A stretch of 64,000 nt of DNA from an uncultured Gemmatimonadaceae bacterium (GTDB lineage Bacteria; Gemmatimonadota; Gemmatimonadetes; Gemmatimonadales; Gemmatimonadaceae): positions 1,280,001 to 1,344,000 of the forward strand of contig CAWFQK010000004.1 in NCBI GenBank assembly GCA_963817955.1, written 5' to 3'. The first letter of the stretch is position 1. Every line of letters begins with the position of its first letter. This document shows positions 39,877 to 49,372 of the stretch, one piece after another. Both the position numbers and the translations under genes were made by a program. Under the pieces are notes generated by a model, which worked only from the letters and a program-made list of their open reading frames with translations, had not been told where the DNA came from and searched no databases.

Positions 39877-41498
39877 CGCGGTACAGGTGAAAAGATCAGG
39901 CCATTCGGAAACGAGTCACGGAGCGCCAGTTCCGGCGGATGGTGCGATGCCATCTGCATGACGGCCGCGCTGAGCGAGTCGGCAGCCACGACGGCTACCG
40001 CATCCACGTGATAGGCAGCGAGAATCCCGCGCACCGCGTCTGAGCTCGCGGCTGCCGATGCAGGACGGAAGTAGTCGCTCGCCGAAAAGCTGGTTGCCGG
40101 CACGGTGCGCCGGCCCGTGTAGAGATAGAGCAGCGGCTCGACGTTCGACATGACGACTTCGTTGGGGCGCGTGTGCGCGGCAGTCCAGCGAACCAGCGGC
40201 CACACCCGCGCCGTGCCCTGCCGCGGAATGGTCGACCACCACCGGCCGCGGTAGCCGCGAGCGCTGTAGACCCCGTATCCACCCGCGGTGAAGACGACGG
40301 CCGCGAGCAGCACGTAGCGCACCGCACGCGTCCATGGCGCGGCGGGCCGCCATTCGCGCAGCCCGACCGCGCCCACCACCGGCAACGCGAACAGCAACGG
40401 CCACAATCCCCAGATGAACCGCGCCGGCGTGAACGGCCAGGTGAGAACGATCGCGAAGTAGCACACGATGAAGAGCGCGGTCACCGGCGCTCTCTGCCAC
40501 ACGCGCCACAGGCCCGCGCCGATCAGGGCGACGACGAATACCAGCAGCGCGACCCGTGCCGCTGGCATGGCAATGGTGGGCGCAGCGAAGGCGGCGAGCA
40601 TGGCGAGGATCTCGAGACTCGTGCGCCCCAACGTCCGCGCGATGAGCATGACGCCATCGTCGTGCAAACCGCGGAAGAGCCATGCCGTATACGATTCATA
40701 ATTCCCGCGCATCGGGCCGGGCACGAAGCCTTCATGCGCACGGACCCAGAGCTGCCAGGGGAGCATCACCACGACCGTGCACGCGACATAGACAGCGGCA
40801 TCCCGCCAGCGCCGTCGGTAGAGGAACAGCGCCGCGACCGCCGGCACCAGGGCGATGCCGTGGCTGCGGACGAGCGTGGCGACGCCGACCAGGGCACCGA
40901 GCGCAACCACCCGCCCGATGTTTCGCTGTCGATCTTCGACGATGCGTTCGGCATACAGCAGCAACGGCATGAGGAGCGCGAGGAACATCGGCTCCGACAT
41001 CACGAGGGTGCTGAGCACGAGCGTGGGAATCGCCAGACTGCCGCACACCGCCAGCAGCGCGGCGCCCCAGGGGCCGAATGCAAGCCGGCGACGTGCGAAC
41101 ACCACCACGCCGAACGCGGCAGCGGCGAGGAACGCCGCATTCAAGATCTTAAATGCAATAACATTTTGCGGAAACGCGGGGAACACCGTCCAGACCAAGG
41201 CGAGCACTGCCGGATATCCCGGGGGAAAGTGCGTGGCCGGCGGGGCGCCGGGTACGTGGAGCCACCGATACCCCTGTCCGGTCGCCAGCGATTTCGCGAG
41301 GATCACGTACATACCGTCGTCATGCACCGTGCCGACCGGCAAGCCGTCGACGAGCAGCAATCCCACGGCGAGCACGAGCCCGGCCACCATCCACGGCATC
41401 AGACGGGCTATTCGCGCCCCACCCCGCAGCGCGGCCGGCGCCGCAGCGGTCGCCTGCGTCACCGGCACGTCGTCGAGCAAGGCAACGCCAGTCGTCAC
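39873..41498 (-). CDS. ArnT/PMT-like GT-C membrane glycosyltransferase
   Basis: HDDGMYVILAKSL, FPPGYP, VMSEP, many TM helices; GTG overlaps the pilR stop. Confidence 0.75.
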   Translation of the reverse strand: MTTGVALLDDVPVTQATAAAPAALRGGARIARLMPWMVAGLVLAVGLLLVDGLPVGTVHDDGMYVILAKSLATGQGYRWLHVPGAPPATHFPPGYPAVLALVWTVFPAFPQNVIAFKILNAAFLAAAAFGVVVFARRRLAFGPWGAALLAVCGSLAIPTLVLSTLVMSEPMFLALLMPLLLYAERIVEDRQRNIGRVVALGALVGVATLVRSHGIALVPAVAALFLYRRRWRDAAVYVACTVVVMLPWQLWVRAHEGFVPGPMRGNYESYTAWLFRGLHDDGVMLIARTLGRTSLEILAMLAAFAAPTIAMPAARVALLVFVVALIGAGLWRVWQRAPVTALFIVCYFAIVLTWPFTPARFIWGLWPLLFALPVVGAVGLREWRPAAPWTRAVRYVLLAAVVFTAGGYGVYSARGYRGRWWSTIPRQGTARVWPLVRWTAAHTRPNEVVMSNVEPLLYLYTGRRTVPATSFSASDYFRPASAAASSDAVRGILAAYHVDAVAVVAADSLSAAVMQMASHHPPELALRDSFPNGLIFSPVPR

Positions 41499-42871
41499 GC
41501 CTCGACTCCGTAGCGCGACAACTTCCGGTAGAGCGTGGACGGATCGATCCCCAGCACCTCGGCGGCACGCGACTTGTTGCTGTTCTCGCTCTGCAGCACC
41601 CACATGATGTACGCCCGTTCCACCGCGTCGAGCGTCGGGTTCGCCGGTGTCCGGGTGGAGACGAGCGGCTCGGCGCGACGCTCCGTGATCCGCTCGGGAA
41701 GCGCCGAGACGCTGATTTCCTCGTCCACCGACAAGATGACGGACCGCTCGAGTGCATTCTCTAATTCACGGACATTGCCGGGCCAGGCGTAGTCGAGCAG
41801 CACGGCCACCACGGCGTCACTGAGGCGTCGGGGAGCCTCGCCACGCTGAGCGGCAATACGTTGCAGGAAATGCTCGGCGAGCAGTGGGATGTCGTCACGC
41901 CGCTGCCGCAGCGGCGGCAGGTGCAGCGAGATGACGTTCAGGCGGTAATACAGGTCACTGCGGAAGTTGCCGGCACGAATTTCCTCATCGAGATCGCGAT
42001 TCGTCGCGGCAATCACGCGGGCGTCCACCGGCACAGCCTCTGTAGCGCCTACCGGGATCACCTCGCGGTGCTGCAATGCACGCAACAGCTTCACTTGCGT
42101 GGCTGGCGTCGTTTCGCCGATTTCGTCGAGAAAGAACGTGCCATGGGTTGCGGCGCCGAACAGGCCAATCTTGTCGCGAATCGCGCCGGTGAACGAGCCC
42201 TTCATGTGGCCGAACAACTCGCTCTCGAGCAGGCTTTCAGGGAGCGCGCCGCAGTTGATCGAGAGGAACGGTCCTTCCGTGCGCGATGAAAGCTCGTGGA
42301 GATACCGGGCTATCACTTCCTTGCCGGTTCCCGAATCGCCCTGGATCAGAACCGTCGAATCAGTAGGCGCCACCGTTTCCACGAGACGCAGAATATCCAG
42401 CCAGGACTTGCTCGTCCCCACGGGACGAGTGATGCCGCTGCGTTCGTGGCGCTTGATCGCTTGTTTCAGCGAACGGTTCTCGACCCGCAGCTTGCGATGC
42501 TCGGCGGCGCGTTTGAGGATCGCCACCAGCTCGTCGTTGCGGAATGGCTTCTGGATGTAATAGAAGGCGCCTTCGTTCACCGCCGCCATCGCCGACTGCA
42601 GCGTCGCCTGCGCAGTCATCAGAATCACCGGCACGTCGGAGTCGTTCTGTCGCGCGGCGGCGAGGATTTCCACCCCCGTGATGTTCGGCATACGAATGTC
42701 GGTGAGGACGATATCGGGCTTCATCTCGCCGAGCCGCTCCAGTCCCGCCTTACCGCCATGCGCGAGAAACGGCGTGAAGCCCTCATTGCGAAGCAGGATA
42801 TTCAGCGAATCGAGAATACCCATCTCGTCATCCACAACGAGCACGCTGGGCCTGGACGATGCATCAGTCAC
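41495..42871 (-). CDS. pilR: Sigma54-dependent response regulator, PilR/AtoC-like
   Basis: VVDDE, TDIRMP, GDSGTGKE, GSFTGA, HTH; paired with a kinase near the pilin gene. Confidence 0.82.
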   Translation of the reverse strand: MTDASSRPSVLVVDDEMGILDSLNILLRNEGFTPFLAHGGKAGLERLGEMKPDIVLTDIRMPNITGVEILAAARQNDSDVPVILMTAQATLQSAMAAVNEGAFYYIQKPFRNDELVAILKRAAEHRKLRVENRSLKQAIKRHERSGITRPVGTSKSWLDILRLVETVAPTDSTVLIQGDSGTGKEVIARYLHELSSRTEGPFLSINCGALPESLLESELFGHMKGSFTGAIRDKIGLFGAATHGTFFLDEIGETTPATQVKLLRALQHREVIPVGATEAVPVDARVIAATNRDLDEEIRAGNFRSDLYYRLNVISLHLPPLRQRRDDIPLLAEHFLQRIAAQRGEAPRRLSDAVVAVLLDYAWPGNVRELENALERSVILSVDEEISVSALPERITERRAEPLVSTRTPANPTLDAVERAYIMWVLQSENSNKSRAAEVLGIDPSTLYRKLSRYGVEA

Positions 42872-44550
42872 GAGACACTCCTGGATGGCTGGTGGGCGCG
42901 CGGCAAAATCACCGTGAACCGTGTACCACGCGTACCACTATCCACGAAGACCACCCCGCGGTGTGCTTCGATGGCGCGATGAACCACGGCGAGACCCAGA
43001 CCGCTGCCGTTGGCTTTCGTGGTGAAGAACGGGTCGAACATGCGATCTCGAATTTCCGCCGGAATGCCGGAACCGGTGTCCGTCACGCGCAGTGCTACGG
43101 AGTCGCCGTCGAACGGCAATCCCACGGGCAGCGGCTCGAAGCTTCCGCGCGCGATCTCGATGTGCACTTCTCCTTGCGGCGGCGAGGCCTGCACCGCATT
43201 CAATGCAAGATTGAACACCGCGCGATGCAACAGGTCTTCGTCCCCATCCACATGCATGCCGTCCTCAGGCATGAGGCAGGTCACACGGACGGTCGCGTCG
43301 CAATCGGGGTGCGCAGTCGCGAGGTCGGCCGCGCCGCGCGCCACGGCGACCAGGTCCACGGGCGTCGTGCGGACCACACGCACGCGCGCGAAGTCGAGGA
43401 ACTCGGACAGCAGCCGCGAGAGACGGTCAGACTCGCGCAGCACGAGCATGCTCAGGGTCTTGTGATCGTCGGAAATCGTCGGCATGCGCGAGATTTGCTC
43501 GACGGCGCTGCGGATGGACGCCAGTGGATTCTTGATCTCGTGTGCCAGCGACGCGCTGAGCTCCGCGATGCCCTCGAGGCGCTCGGCACGCAAGCGCAGA
43601 ACATCCATGCGCTTCTGGTCTGAGATGTCCTGGAAGATCGCCGTAGCGATACGGCCCGTGCCGGATTCTTCGTGATCGATGTACGTGGTCGTCACGCCGA
43701 CCGGAAACCGCTTCGCAACGTGGGACACGATGCCTTCGCCGCGCGTCGTTCGCACCTTCGACTGCGCCGCGCGCTGCACGGCATCTGCCAGCTCGGGTGC
43801 TACCTTGGCGATGGCGGCCAGCATCGGCTGGCCGATGCGGTCGAGCAGGTCGATGCCGAGCAGCTGCTCCGCCATGGGATTCGCATACAGGAGGCGGCCG
43901 TCCGCGTCCACCGTGACCACACCGCTTCGGATGTTGCGGAGAATATCCTCGGCCTGCAAACGCGTTTGCTCGAGCTCAGCGACCAGTAGCTCACGCCCCT
44001 CGCCACTCGCCCGCAACTGCGCACTCAGGTAGCGAATGCCGAGGGCGACGATCGCGATGACGCCGAGCTGGAGCCAGATGCCCTGCTCGATGTGTGGGGA
44101 GCCGAGGAACACCGCGATATCCGCGAAGTACAGCACCAGTCCAAGCGCGGCAACGAGGAGCCCGCCGCCCGCCGGCAGCAGTAGCGACGTGGTCGCGATG
44201 ACGAGGATGTACAGCGCCGAGAACGGCGAGTTGCTGCCGTTCGTCACATGCACCACGGCCGTGATCAGCAACAGGTCGAAGATTGCCTGGACGTACAGGA
44301 ACGTCGGGCTGATCCGTCGCCGATATATTTCCGCGTAGCCGGCCGACACCGCGGTGAAGATGGCGGAGAGCGCAAAGGCCAGCGACGCAACGAGCGTATT
44401 GCGCGAGTCGGCGATCGACCATCGCAGAATGGCGGCAATGAAGATCGCGCTCGCCAGACAGAGACGGCCAATGAAGACCCAGCGCAGCAACCGGCGCGGG
44501 TCAAGAATTGCCTGCAAAGCTGGGGGAGACGGCCGGGTGGCGAGTTGCAC
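42868..44550 (-). CDS. pilS: PAS sensor histidine kinase, PilS-like
   Basis: About six N-terminal TMs, [32 protein letters not shown]. Confidence 0.82.
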   Translation of the reverse strand: MQLATRPSPPALQAILDPRRLLRWVFIGRLCLASAIFIAAILRWSIADSRNTLVASLAFALSAIFTAVSAGYAEIYRRRISPTFLYVQAIFDLLLITAVVHVTNGSNSPFSALYILVIATTSLLLPAGGGLLVAALGLVLYFADIAVFLGSPHIEQGIWLQLGVIAIVALGIRYLSAQLRASGEGRELLVAELEQTRLQAEDILRNIRSGVVTVDADGRLLYANPMAEQLLGIDLLDRIGQPMLAAIAKVAPELADAVQRAAQSKVRTTRGEGIVSHVAKRFPVGVTTTYIDHEESGTGRIATAIFQDISDQKRMDVLRLRAERLEGIAELSASLAHEIKNPLASIRSAVEQISRMPTISDDHKTLSMLVLRESDRLSRLLSEFLDFARVRVVRTTPVDLVAVARGAADLATAHPDCDATVRVTCLMPEDGMHVDGDEDLLHRAVFNLALNAVQASPPQGEVHIEIARGSFEPLPVGLPFDGDSVALRVTDTGSGIPAEIRDRMFDPFFTTKANGSGLGLAVVHRAIEAHRGVVFVDSGTRGTRFTVILPRAHQPSRSVS

Positions 44551-44723
44551 GATGTTGAGGCAGCCGATCGGTGGCGGAATGCGCCGCGGATTGTCGGCCT
44601 CGCAAAGTGCAAGAGGTTAGCGACCGAAAGAATCCTTGCAATCTGCGACAGTATGTTGACGATCCCGCTTCCGCAGAGTTACACCCCAACCGGCATGCAC
44701 GACGCTGAAGGCCTTCTCTTCTA

Positions 44724-45155
44724 ATGAATGACGACGCCTACCTGAACGTCACCCCGGACGTCGCCATCCCCCGCCATGAGCTGCAATACCGCGCCAGTCG
44801 CGCTGGCGGACCCGGTGGCCAGCATGTCAACACGTCGTCAACGCGAATCGAGCTCTTGTGGGATCTGCCCCACTCGATCGCACTGACTGACGAGCAGCGG
44901 GAGCGCGTTCGAATGAAGCTCGCGGCGCGACTCGACTCTGACGGCATGGTGCGCGTGGTGGCGAGCGACCGACGAAGCCAAGGCCAGAACAAACAGGCCG
45001 CCGACGCCCGACTGGCGACACTGGTGCAGCGTGCGCTGCACGTTCCCAAGAAGCGCCGGGCAACAAAACCCAGTCGAGCGGCGAAAGAACGGCGCCTTAC
45101 CGAAAAGAAACACCGCTCGGATAAGAAGCGGACACGACGGTCTGATATCGAGTGA
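44724..45155 (+). CDS. arfB: Alternative ribosome rescue factor ArfB
   Basis: GGPGGQHVN, RSQ, basic tail RRATKPSRAAKERRL. Confidence 0.93.
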   Translation: MNDDAYLNVTPDVAIPRHELQYRASRAGGPGGQHVNTSSTRIELLWDLPHSIALTDEQRERVRMKLAARLDSDGMVRVVASDRRSQGQNKQAADARLATLVQRALHVPKKRRATKPSRAAKERRLTEKKHRSDKKRTRRSDIE

Positions 45156-45425
45156 GGGGACGCGGGGACAATGGGTGTGATGAGTCGCAAATCTCCTGAG
45201 TGCTAGGCGCGTTAGTGATTCAATGATGACGCTTGGAGGGACCACGACGGCTCGGGTGTCCTTGAAGGAAGCGGCTGAGGCGAAGTGCCAGCTAGCGATC
45301 GAGGAACTTCAGCGAGCCCAGCGTTACTTTTACCTGAGGCCGGTGTAGCAGATTTTTCACCGGCAGCCTCGGGGGGTCACGCGGCAGCAGGGGACTCTCT
45401 CGGTGAATGGCAGTTCGTGAACGGC

Positions 45426-45440
45426 GGGCACGTCCCTTGC
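45426..45440 (+). promoter_or_regulatory. Candidate sigma54 promoter
   Basis: GGGCACGTCCCTTGC closely matches TGGCACG-N4-TTGC, about 85 nt upstream of the 1050-aa gene. Confidence 0.55.
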
Positions 45441-45525
45441 GCGCCCGGTAGGAAACCGACCCGGGCCCATCAGTCGCTCGGATGTCGGAACGACTCTTTG
45501 CTGCGGCTCGTCCGCGGGGCTTGCG

Positions 45526-48500
45526 ATGACCCGTCTTCGTATGCGTTGGGCGGTTGCGGTTGCACCGCTACTGGCGCTCGTTGTGTCCGTTCCGGTTCAG
45601 GCCCAGGCGTACTTCGGGCGCAACAAGGTCCAGTATGAGACCTTCGACTGGAAGATTCTGAAATCGGAGCACTTCGACAACTTCTTCTATCCGCCCGAGT
45701 CGACCATCGTACACGACGCGGCGAGGATGGCTGAGCGCTGGTATGCACGGCATTCCGACACGTTCCGGCACGCGTTTGACCGAAAGTCGCTGGTCTTCTA
45801 CGCTGACCATCCGGACTTCGAGCAAACGAATGTCGTGGGCGAGCAGCTGACGGAGGAAACGGGCGGCGTTACGGAGTCGAACCGCACGCGCGTGATCATG
45901 CCGTTCACCGGCATCTATGCGGACAACGACCATGTGCTCGGCCACGAACTGGTGCACGTCTTCCAGTACAACATCGCCGAAGGCACGCCGGGCGGCGGAT
46001 TGATGCGGCTGGATGCCCTGCCCCTCTGGCTCATCGAGGGTATGGCCGAATATTTCTCGCTCGGCCGTCAGGATCCGCTCACCGCGATGTGGATGCGAGA
46101 CGCGGTCATGCGCGACAAGTTCCCTACCATCAAGCAACTGACGACCGATCCGCGGTTCTTCCCGTACCGCTACGGCCAAGCCCTGTGGGCATACGTTGGC
46201 GGACGCTGGGGTGATCGGGCGATCGTCGACGTGTATCGATCCGCGCTCCGATTTGGTTGGGATGCCGCATTGGTGCGCGTCCTCGGAGAAAACAGCGACT
46301 CGCTCTCGAAGGACTGGGCGGCTGCAAACAAATCGATGTACCTGCCGCAGTTGGCGGGGCGGACGCATCCGGACAGCACTGGCACCAAGCTAGTCCCGCT
46401 GCAACGGGCCGGGGACATCAATCTCGCACCGACGATCAGCCCGGACGGCAAGCTGTTCGCCTTCTTCTCGAGCCGCAGCCTGTTCACCATCGACCTGTTC
46501 GTCGGCGATGCGACAACGGGCAAGATCATCAAGAAACTCGCTGGTCCGACGAGTGACCCGCACTTCGACGCGCTCAGCTTCATCAATTCCGCGGGCGACT
46601 GGTCGCCAGACGGCAAGCAGTTCGCCTTCATTGTGTACGCCGAAGGCCAGAACGAAATCGCTCTGCTGAACACGCAAACGACGAACATCGAGCGACGCAT
46701 CAAGCTTCCCGGGATTGGCGCGGTAAGCCACGTATCGTGGTCGCCCGACGGACGGACCCTGGCCCTGTCCGGTCAGGCGGGAGGCATTAGCGATCTCTAC
46801 CTCCTGGACCTGAGTGCCGGGACGATCCGTCAGCTCACGAACGACAAGTACGCCGACATCCAGCCGACATGGTCTCCCGACGGCAAGACGATCGCCTTCT
46901 CGACCGATCGCGGTCCGCAGACGGACTTCAACGCGCTCACGTACTCGCCGCTGCAACTGGCGACGTACGATCTGGCAACAGGCCGCATCAGCGTCTTCTC
47001 GCCATTTGCGCGGGGCAAGAACATCAACCCGCAGTTCTCGCCTGACGGCCACAATCTCTTCTTCGTGTCCGACCAGGATGGCTTTCCGGATATCTATCGC
47101 CTGAATCTGGCGAGCGGCCAGGTGTACCGCGTGTCGCGCCTCGCCACCGGGGTGAGTGGCATCACGACCGTGTCGCCGACCATTTCCGTCTCGCGGCAGA
47201 CGGGACGCATGCTCTTCACGACATTCTACAACCAGGGCAACGAGATCCGAGGATTCGAACCGTCGCAGACGGTCGGCACGCCGGTGATCGCGTCGGTCGC
47301 ATTCGAGGGCGCGCAGTTGCCGCCCCCCGAGGTCAAGGGCGGTGTGGTGTCGACGTATCTCGCCGACGCAGCGTCTGGACTGCCGTCTGGCGCCGATTTT
47401 GTCGTTGAACCGTTTCACTCCTCGTTCTCGCTCGACGCCATCGGGCAACCGAACATTGGCGTCGTCGCTGGCGGGCCGTTCGGCACTGGTGTGGCAGGCG
47501 GCGTGTCGATGATCTTCGGCGACCAGCTGAGCGACCGGCAGATATTCGCGGCAATTCAGGCCAACGGCACGGTGAAGGACATTGGCGGGGCACTACAGTA
47601 TTACAATATGAAGAGCAGGTGGAACTACGGCGGCGGCATCGAGCACGTGCCCTATCTCACAGGGGGCGTCTTCGTCGATACGGCGACGGTGAACGGCACG
47701 CAAGGCTACAGTGTGAATCAGCTGCTGCAGCGCATCTACATCGATCAGGCGATGGCGTTCACGCAGTACCCGTTCTCCTCCACCAAGCGACTCGAGCTGT
47801 CCGCCAGCGTGACACACTACGGCTTCAATACGGAGCTCTTCCAAAGCGTTTTTGACGTCAACAACAACTTGGTCGCGCAGAATGACTCGATGCTCACGTC
47901 CCAGTACAAGCCGGTAGTATTCGCCGAGCCGTCGGTGGCGCTGGTCGGGGACAATTCCTTCTCCGCGTTTACGTCGCCGGTGCAAGGCGAGCGATACCGG
48001 ATGCAGTTCACGCCGACCTTTGGGTCGGTGAACTACGAGACGGCAATCGCGGATTATCGACGGTACTTCTTCATGCGTCCCGTGACGTTGGCGATTCGTG
48101 GTCTGTCCCTTGGTCGCTATGGCAGCGGCGCGGAAGATGTGAACACGACCTGGCCGATCTACCTCGGCGACGAGACGCTGATGCGAGGGTACGGTTACAA
48201 CTCATTCACCAGTGACGAATGCACCGTGGCAGGCTCGACGACCACGCAGCAGCAGGCGGCAGGATGCCCGGCGTTCCAGCGGCTGTTCGGTAGCAAAGTC
48301 GGCGTGATCAACATCGAGCTTCGCATACCGGTGTTCGGCGTTGAAGGATTCGGCCTGATCAACTTCCCGTACCTTCCGATGGAGATGTCGCCGTTCTTCG
48401 ATGCCGGCGTGTCGTACACGAATAACCAGGCTCCGAACTGGCAGCTCACGCGGTTCGCCAACGACATCCCGTCGAGCTGCGCGGCACCGACGAGCTCGCA

Positions 48501-48678
48501 GCAAGCACAGCAGCAGTCGTTCTATCCCTGCGCGGACCGCATCCCGGTGTTCAGTACCGGCGTATCCTTCCGCTTCAACCTGATGGGCTACGCGATTCTC
48601 GAAGCATACGCCGCCCATCCATTCCAGCGGCCGACAAAGAACTGGGTTTGGGGATTCCAGTTGGCGCCGGGGTGGTAG
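45526..48678 (+). CDS. Outer-membrane protein: gluzincin-like domain + TolB/PD40 propeller + Omp85-like beta-barrel
   Basis: Signal peptide; HELVH...WLIEGMAEY; repeated (W/F/I)SPDG; ADYRRYFF, LMRGYG, PFFDAG; terminal W. Confidence 0.8.
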   Translation: MTRLRMRWAVAVAPLLALVVSVPVQAQAYFGRNKVQYETFDWKILKSEHFDNFFYPPESTIVHDAARMAERWYARHSDTFRHAFDRKSLVFYADHPDFEQTNVVGEQLTEETGGVTESNRTRVIMPFTGIYADNDHVLGHELVHVFQYNIAEGTPGGGLMRLDALPLWLIEGMAEYFSLGRQDPLTAMWMRDAVMRDKFPTIKQLTTDPRFFPYRYGQALWAYVGGRWGDRAIVDVYRSALRFGWDAALVRVLGENSDSLSKDWAAANKSMYLPQLAGRTHPDSTGTKLVPLQRAGDINLAPTISPDGKLFAFFSSRSLFTIDLFVGDATTGKIIKKLAGPTSDPHFDALSFINSAGDWSPDGKQFAFIVYAEGQNEIALLNTQTTNIERRIKLPGIGAVSHVSWSPDGRTLALSGQAGGISDLYLLDLSAGTIRQLTNDKYADIQPTWSPDGKTIAFSTDRGPQTDFNALTYSPLQLATYDLATGRISVFSPFARGKNINPQFSPDGHNLFFVSDQDGFPDIYRLNLASGQVYRVSRLATGVSGITTVSPTISVSRQTGRMLFTTFYNQGNEIRGFEPSQTVGTPVIASVAFEGAQLPPPEVKGGVVSTYLADAASGLPSGADFVVEPFHSSFSLDAIGQPNIGVVAGGPFGTGVAGGVSMIFGDQLSDRQIFAAIQANGTVKDIGGALQYYNMKSRWNYGGGIEHVPYLTGGVFVDTATVNGTQGYSVNQLLQRIYIDQAMAFTQYPFSSTKRLELSASVTHYGFNTELFQSVFDVNNNLVAQNDSMLTSQYKPVVFAEPSVALVGDNSFSAFTSPVQGERYRMQFTPTFGSVNYETAIADYRRYFFMRPVTLAIRGLSLGRYGSGAEDVNTTWPIYLGDETLMRGYGYNSFTSDECTVAGSTTTQQQAAGCPAFQRLFGSKVGVINIELRIPVFGVEGFGLINFPYLPMEMSPFFDAGVSYTNNQAPNWQLTRFANDIPSSCAAPTSSQQAQQQSFYPCADRIPVFSTGVSFRFNLMGYAILEAYAAHPFQRPTKNWVWGFQLAPGW

Positions 48679-48710
48679 TGGAGCGAGGCATCAGACACTT
48701 GGAATTCGAG

Positions 48711-48741
48711 AAGCGCGGGCATGTGCCCGCGCTTTTCATTT
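48711..48741 (+). terminator. Intrinsic terminator
   Basis: AAGCGCGGGCA/TGCCCGCGCTT stem followed by TTCATTT. Confidence 0.8.
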
Positions 48742-48774
48742 GTGGGTCTTCGTGGAAATGCGTGGGCGAATTGC

Positions 48775-48823
48775 CTGTCATCCTGAGCGACGGGCTGTCA
48801 TCCTGAGCGAAGCGAAGGATCTC
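48775..48823. repeat. REP-like repeat, copy 3
   Basis: CTGTCATCCTGAGCGA twice; the last 29 bp are the exact reverse complement of 19782-19810. Confidence 0.85.
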
Positions 48824-48842
48824 GGTGAACGGCGCAACAGCA

Positions 48843-49201
48843 TTTAACGCAGAGGTCGCAGAGAACTGCAAGAGGTCGCAGAGAACTGCAGGAGAACTGC
48901 AGAGGACCGTGAAGGATTGTCTCGCTTGGATGTCTTGGCTGATGCCGTCGTGACGCTCCGATGGTATCGCCCAGGTCGTGATCATCAACGATATAGGCGG
49001 AATGCTTGTGGACTCGGCAATCACGGTTCATTCCACCAATACGCGCTTCCCTCTTCTGTACGCTTACAGTTCTCTTTTGCAGTTCCCTTTTCCAGTTCTC
49101 TCGCCGTTCTTCTGCAGTTCTCTTCTGCAGTTCTCTTCTGCAGTTCTCTTCTGCAGTTCTCTCTGCGTCCTCCTGCAGTTCTCTGCGACCTCTGCGTTAA
49201 A
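48843..49201. mobile_element. MITE-like relic with perfect 28-bp terminal inverted repeats and internal 13-bp repeats
   Basis: TTTAACGCAGAGGTCGCAGAGAACTGCA (48843-48870) and its reverse complement (49174-49201); CTGCAGTTCTCTT x4. Confidence 0.55.
48978..49034 (+). pseudogene. Possible N-terminal fragment of a GxxExxY-family gene
   Basis: VIINDIGGMLVDSAITVH resembles GxxExxY N-termini; similarity ends before the GxxExxY motif. Confidence 0.4.
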
Positions 49202-49206
49202 AAAAA

Positions 49207-49323
49207 CAAGCCGTCCCGCCAACGAGACGCCCGAAGTGCGGTAAGAAAGACAAGCCGTCCTGCCCTCGAGACGCCCGAAGTGCGGTAAGAAAGACAAGCC
49301 GTCCTGCCCTCGAGACGCCCGAA
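49207..49323. repeat. 44-bp direct tandem repeat, about 2.7 copies
   Basis: CAAGCCGTCCTGCCCTCGAGACGCCCGAAGTGCGGTAAGAAAGA-type units at 49207, 49251 and 49295. Confidence 0.88.
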
Positions 49324-49372
49324 ATCACCCACACACAGTCCCTCATTTGGGCCGCTGAGCTCAGCGTGGGTT

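Noticed and set aside
49207..49323. 44-bp repeats as a CRISPR array
   Set aside because: The units abut with no unique spacers, and there are no cas genes in the window.
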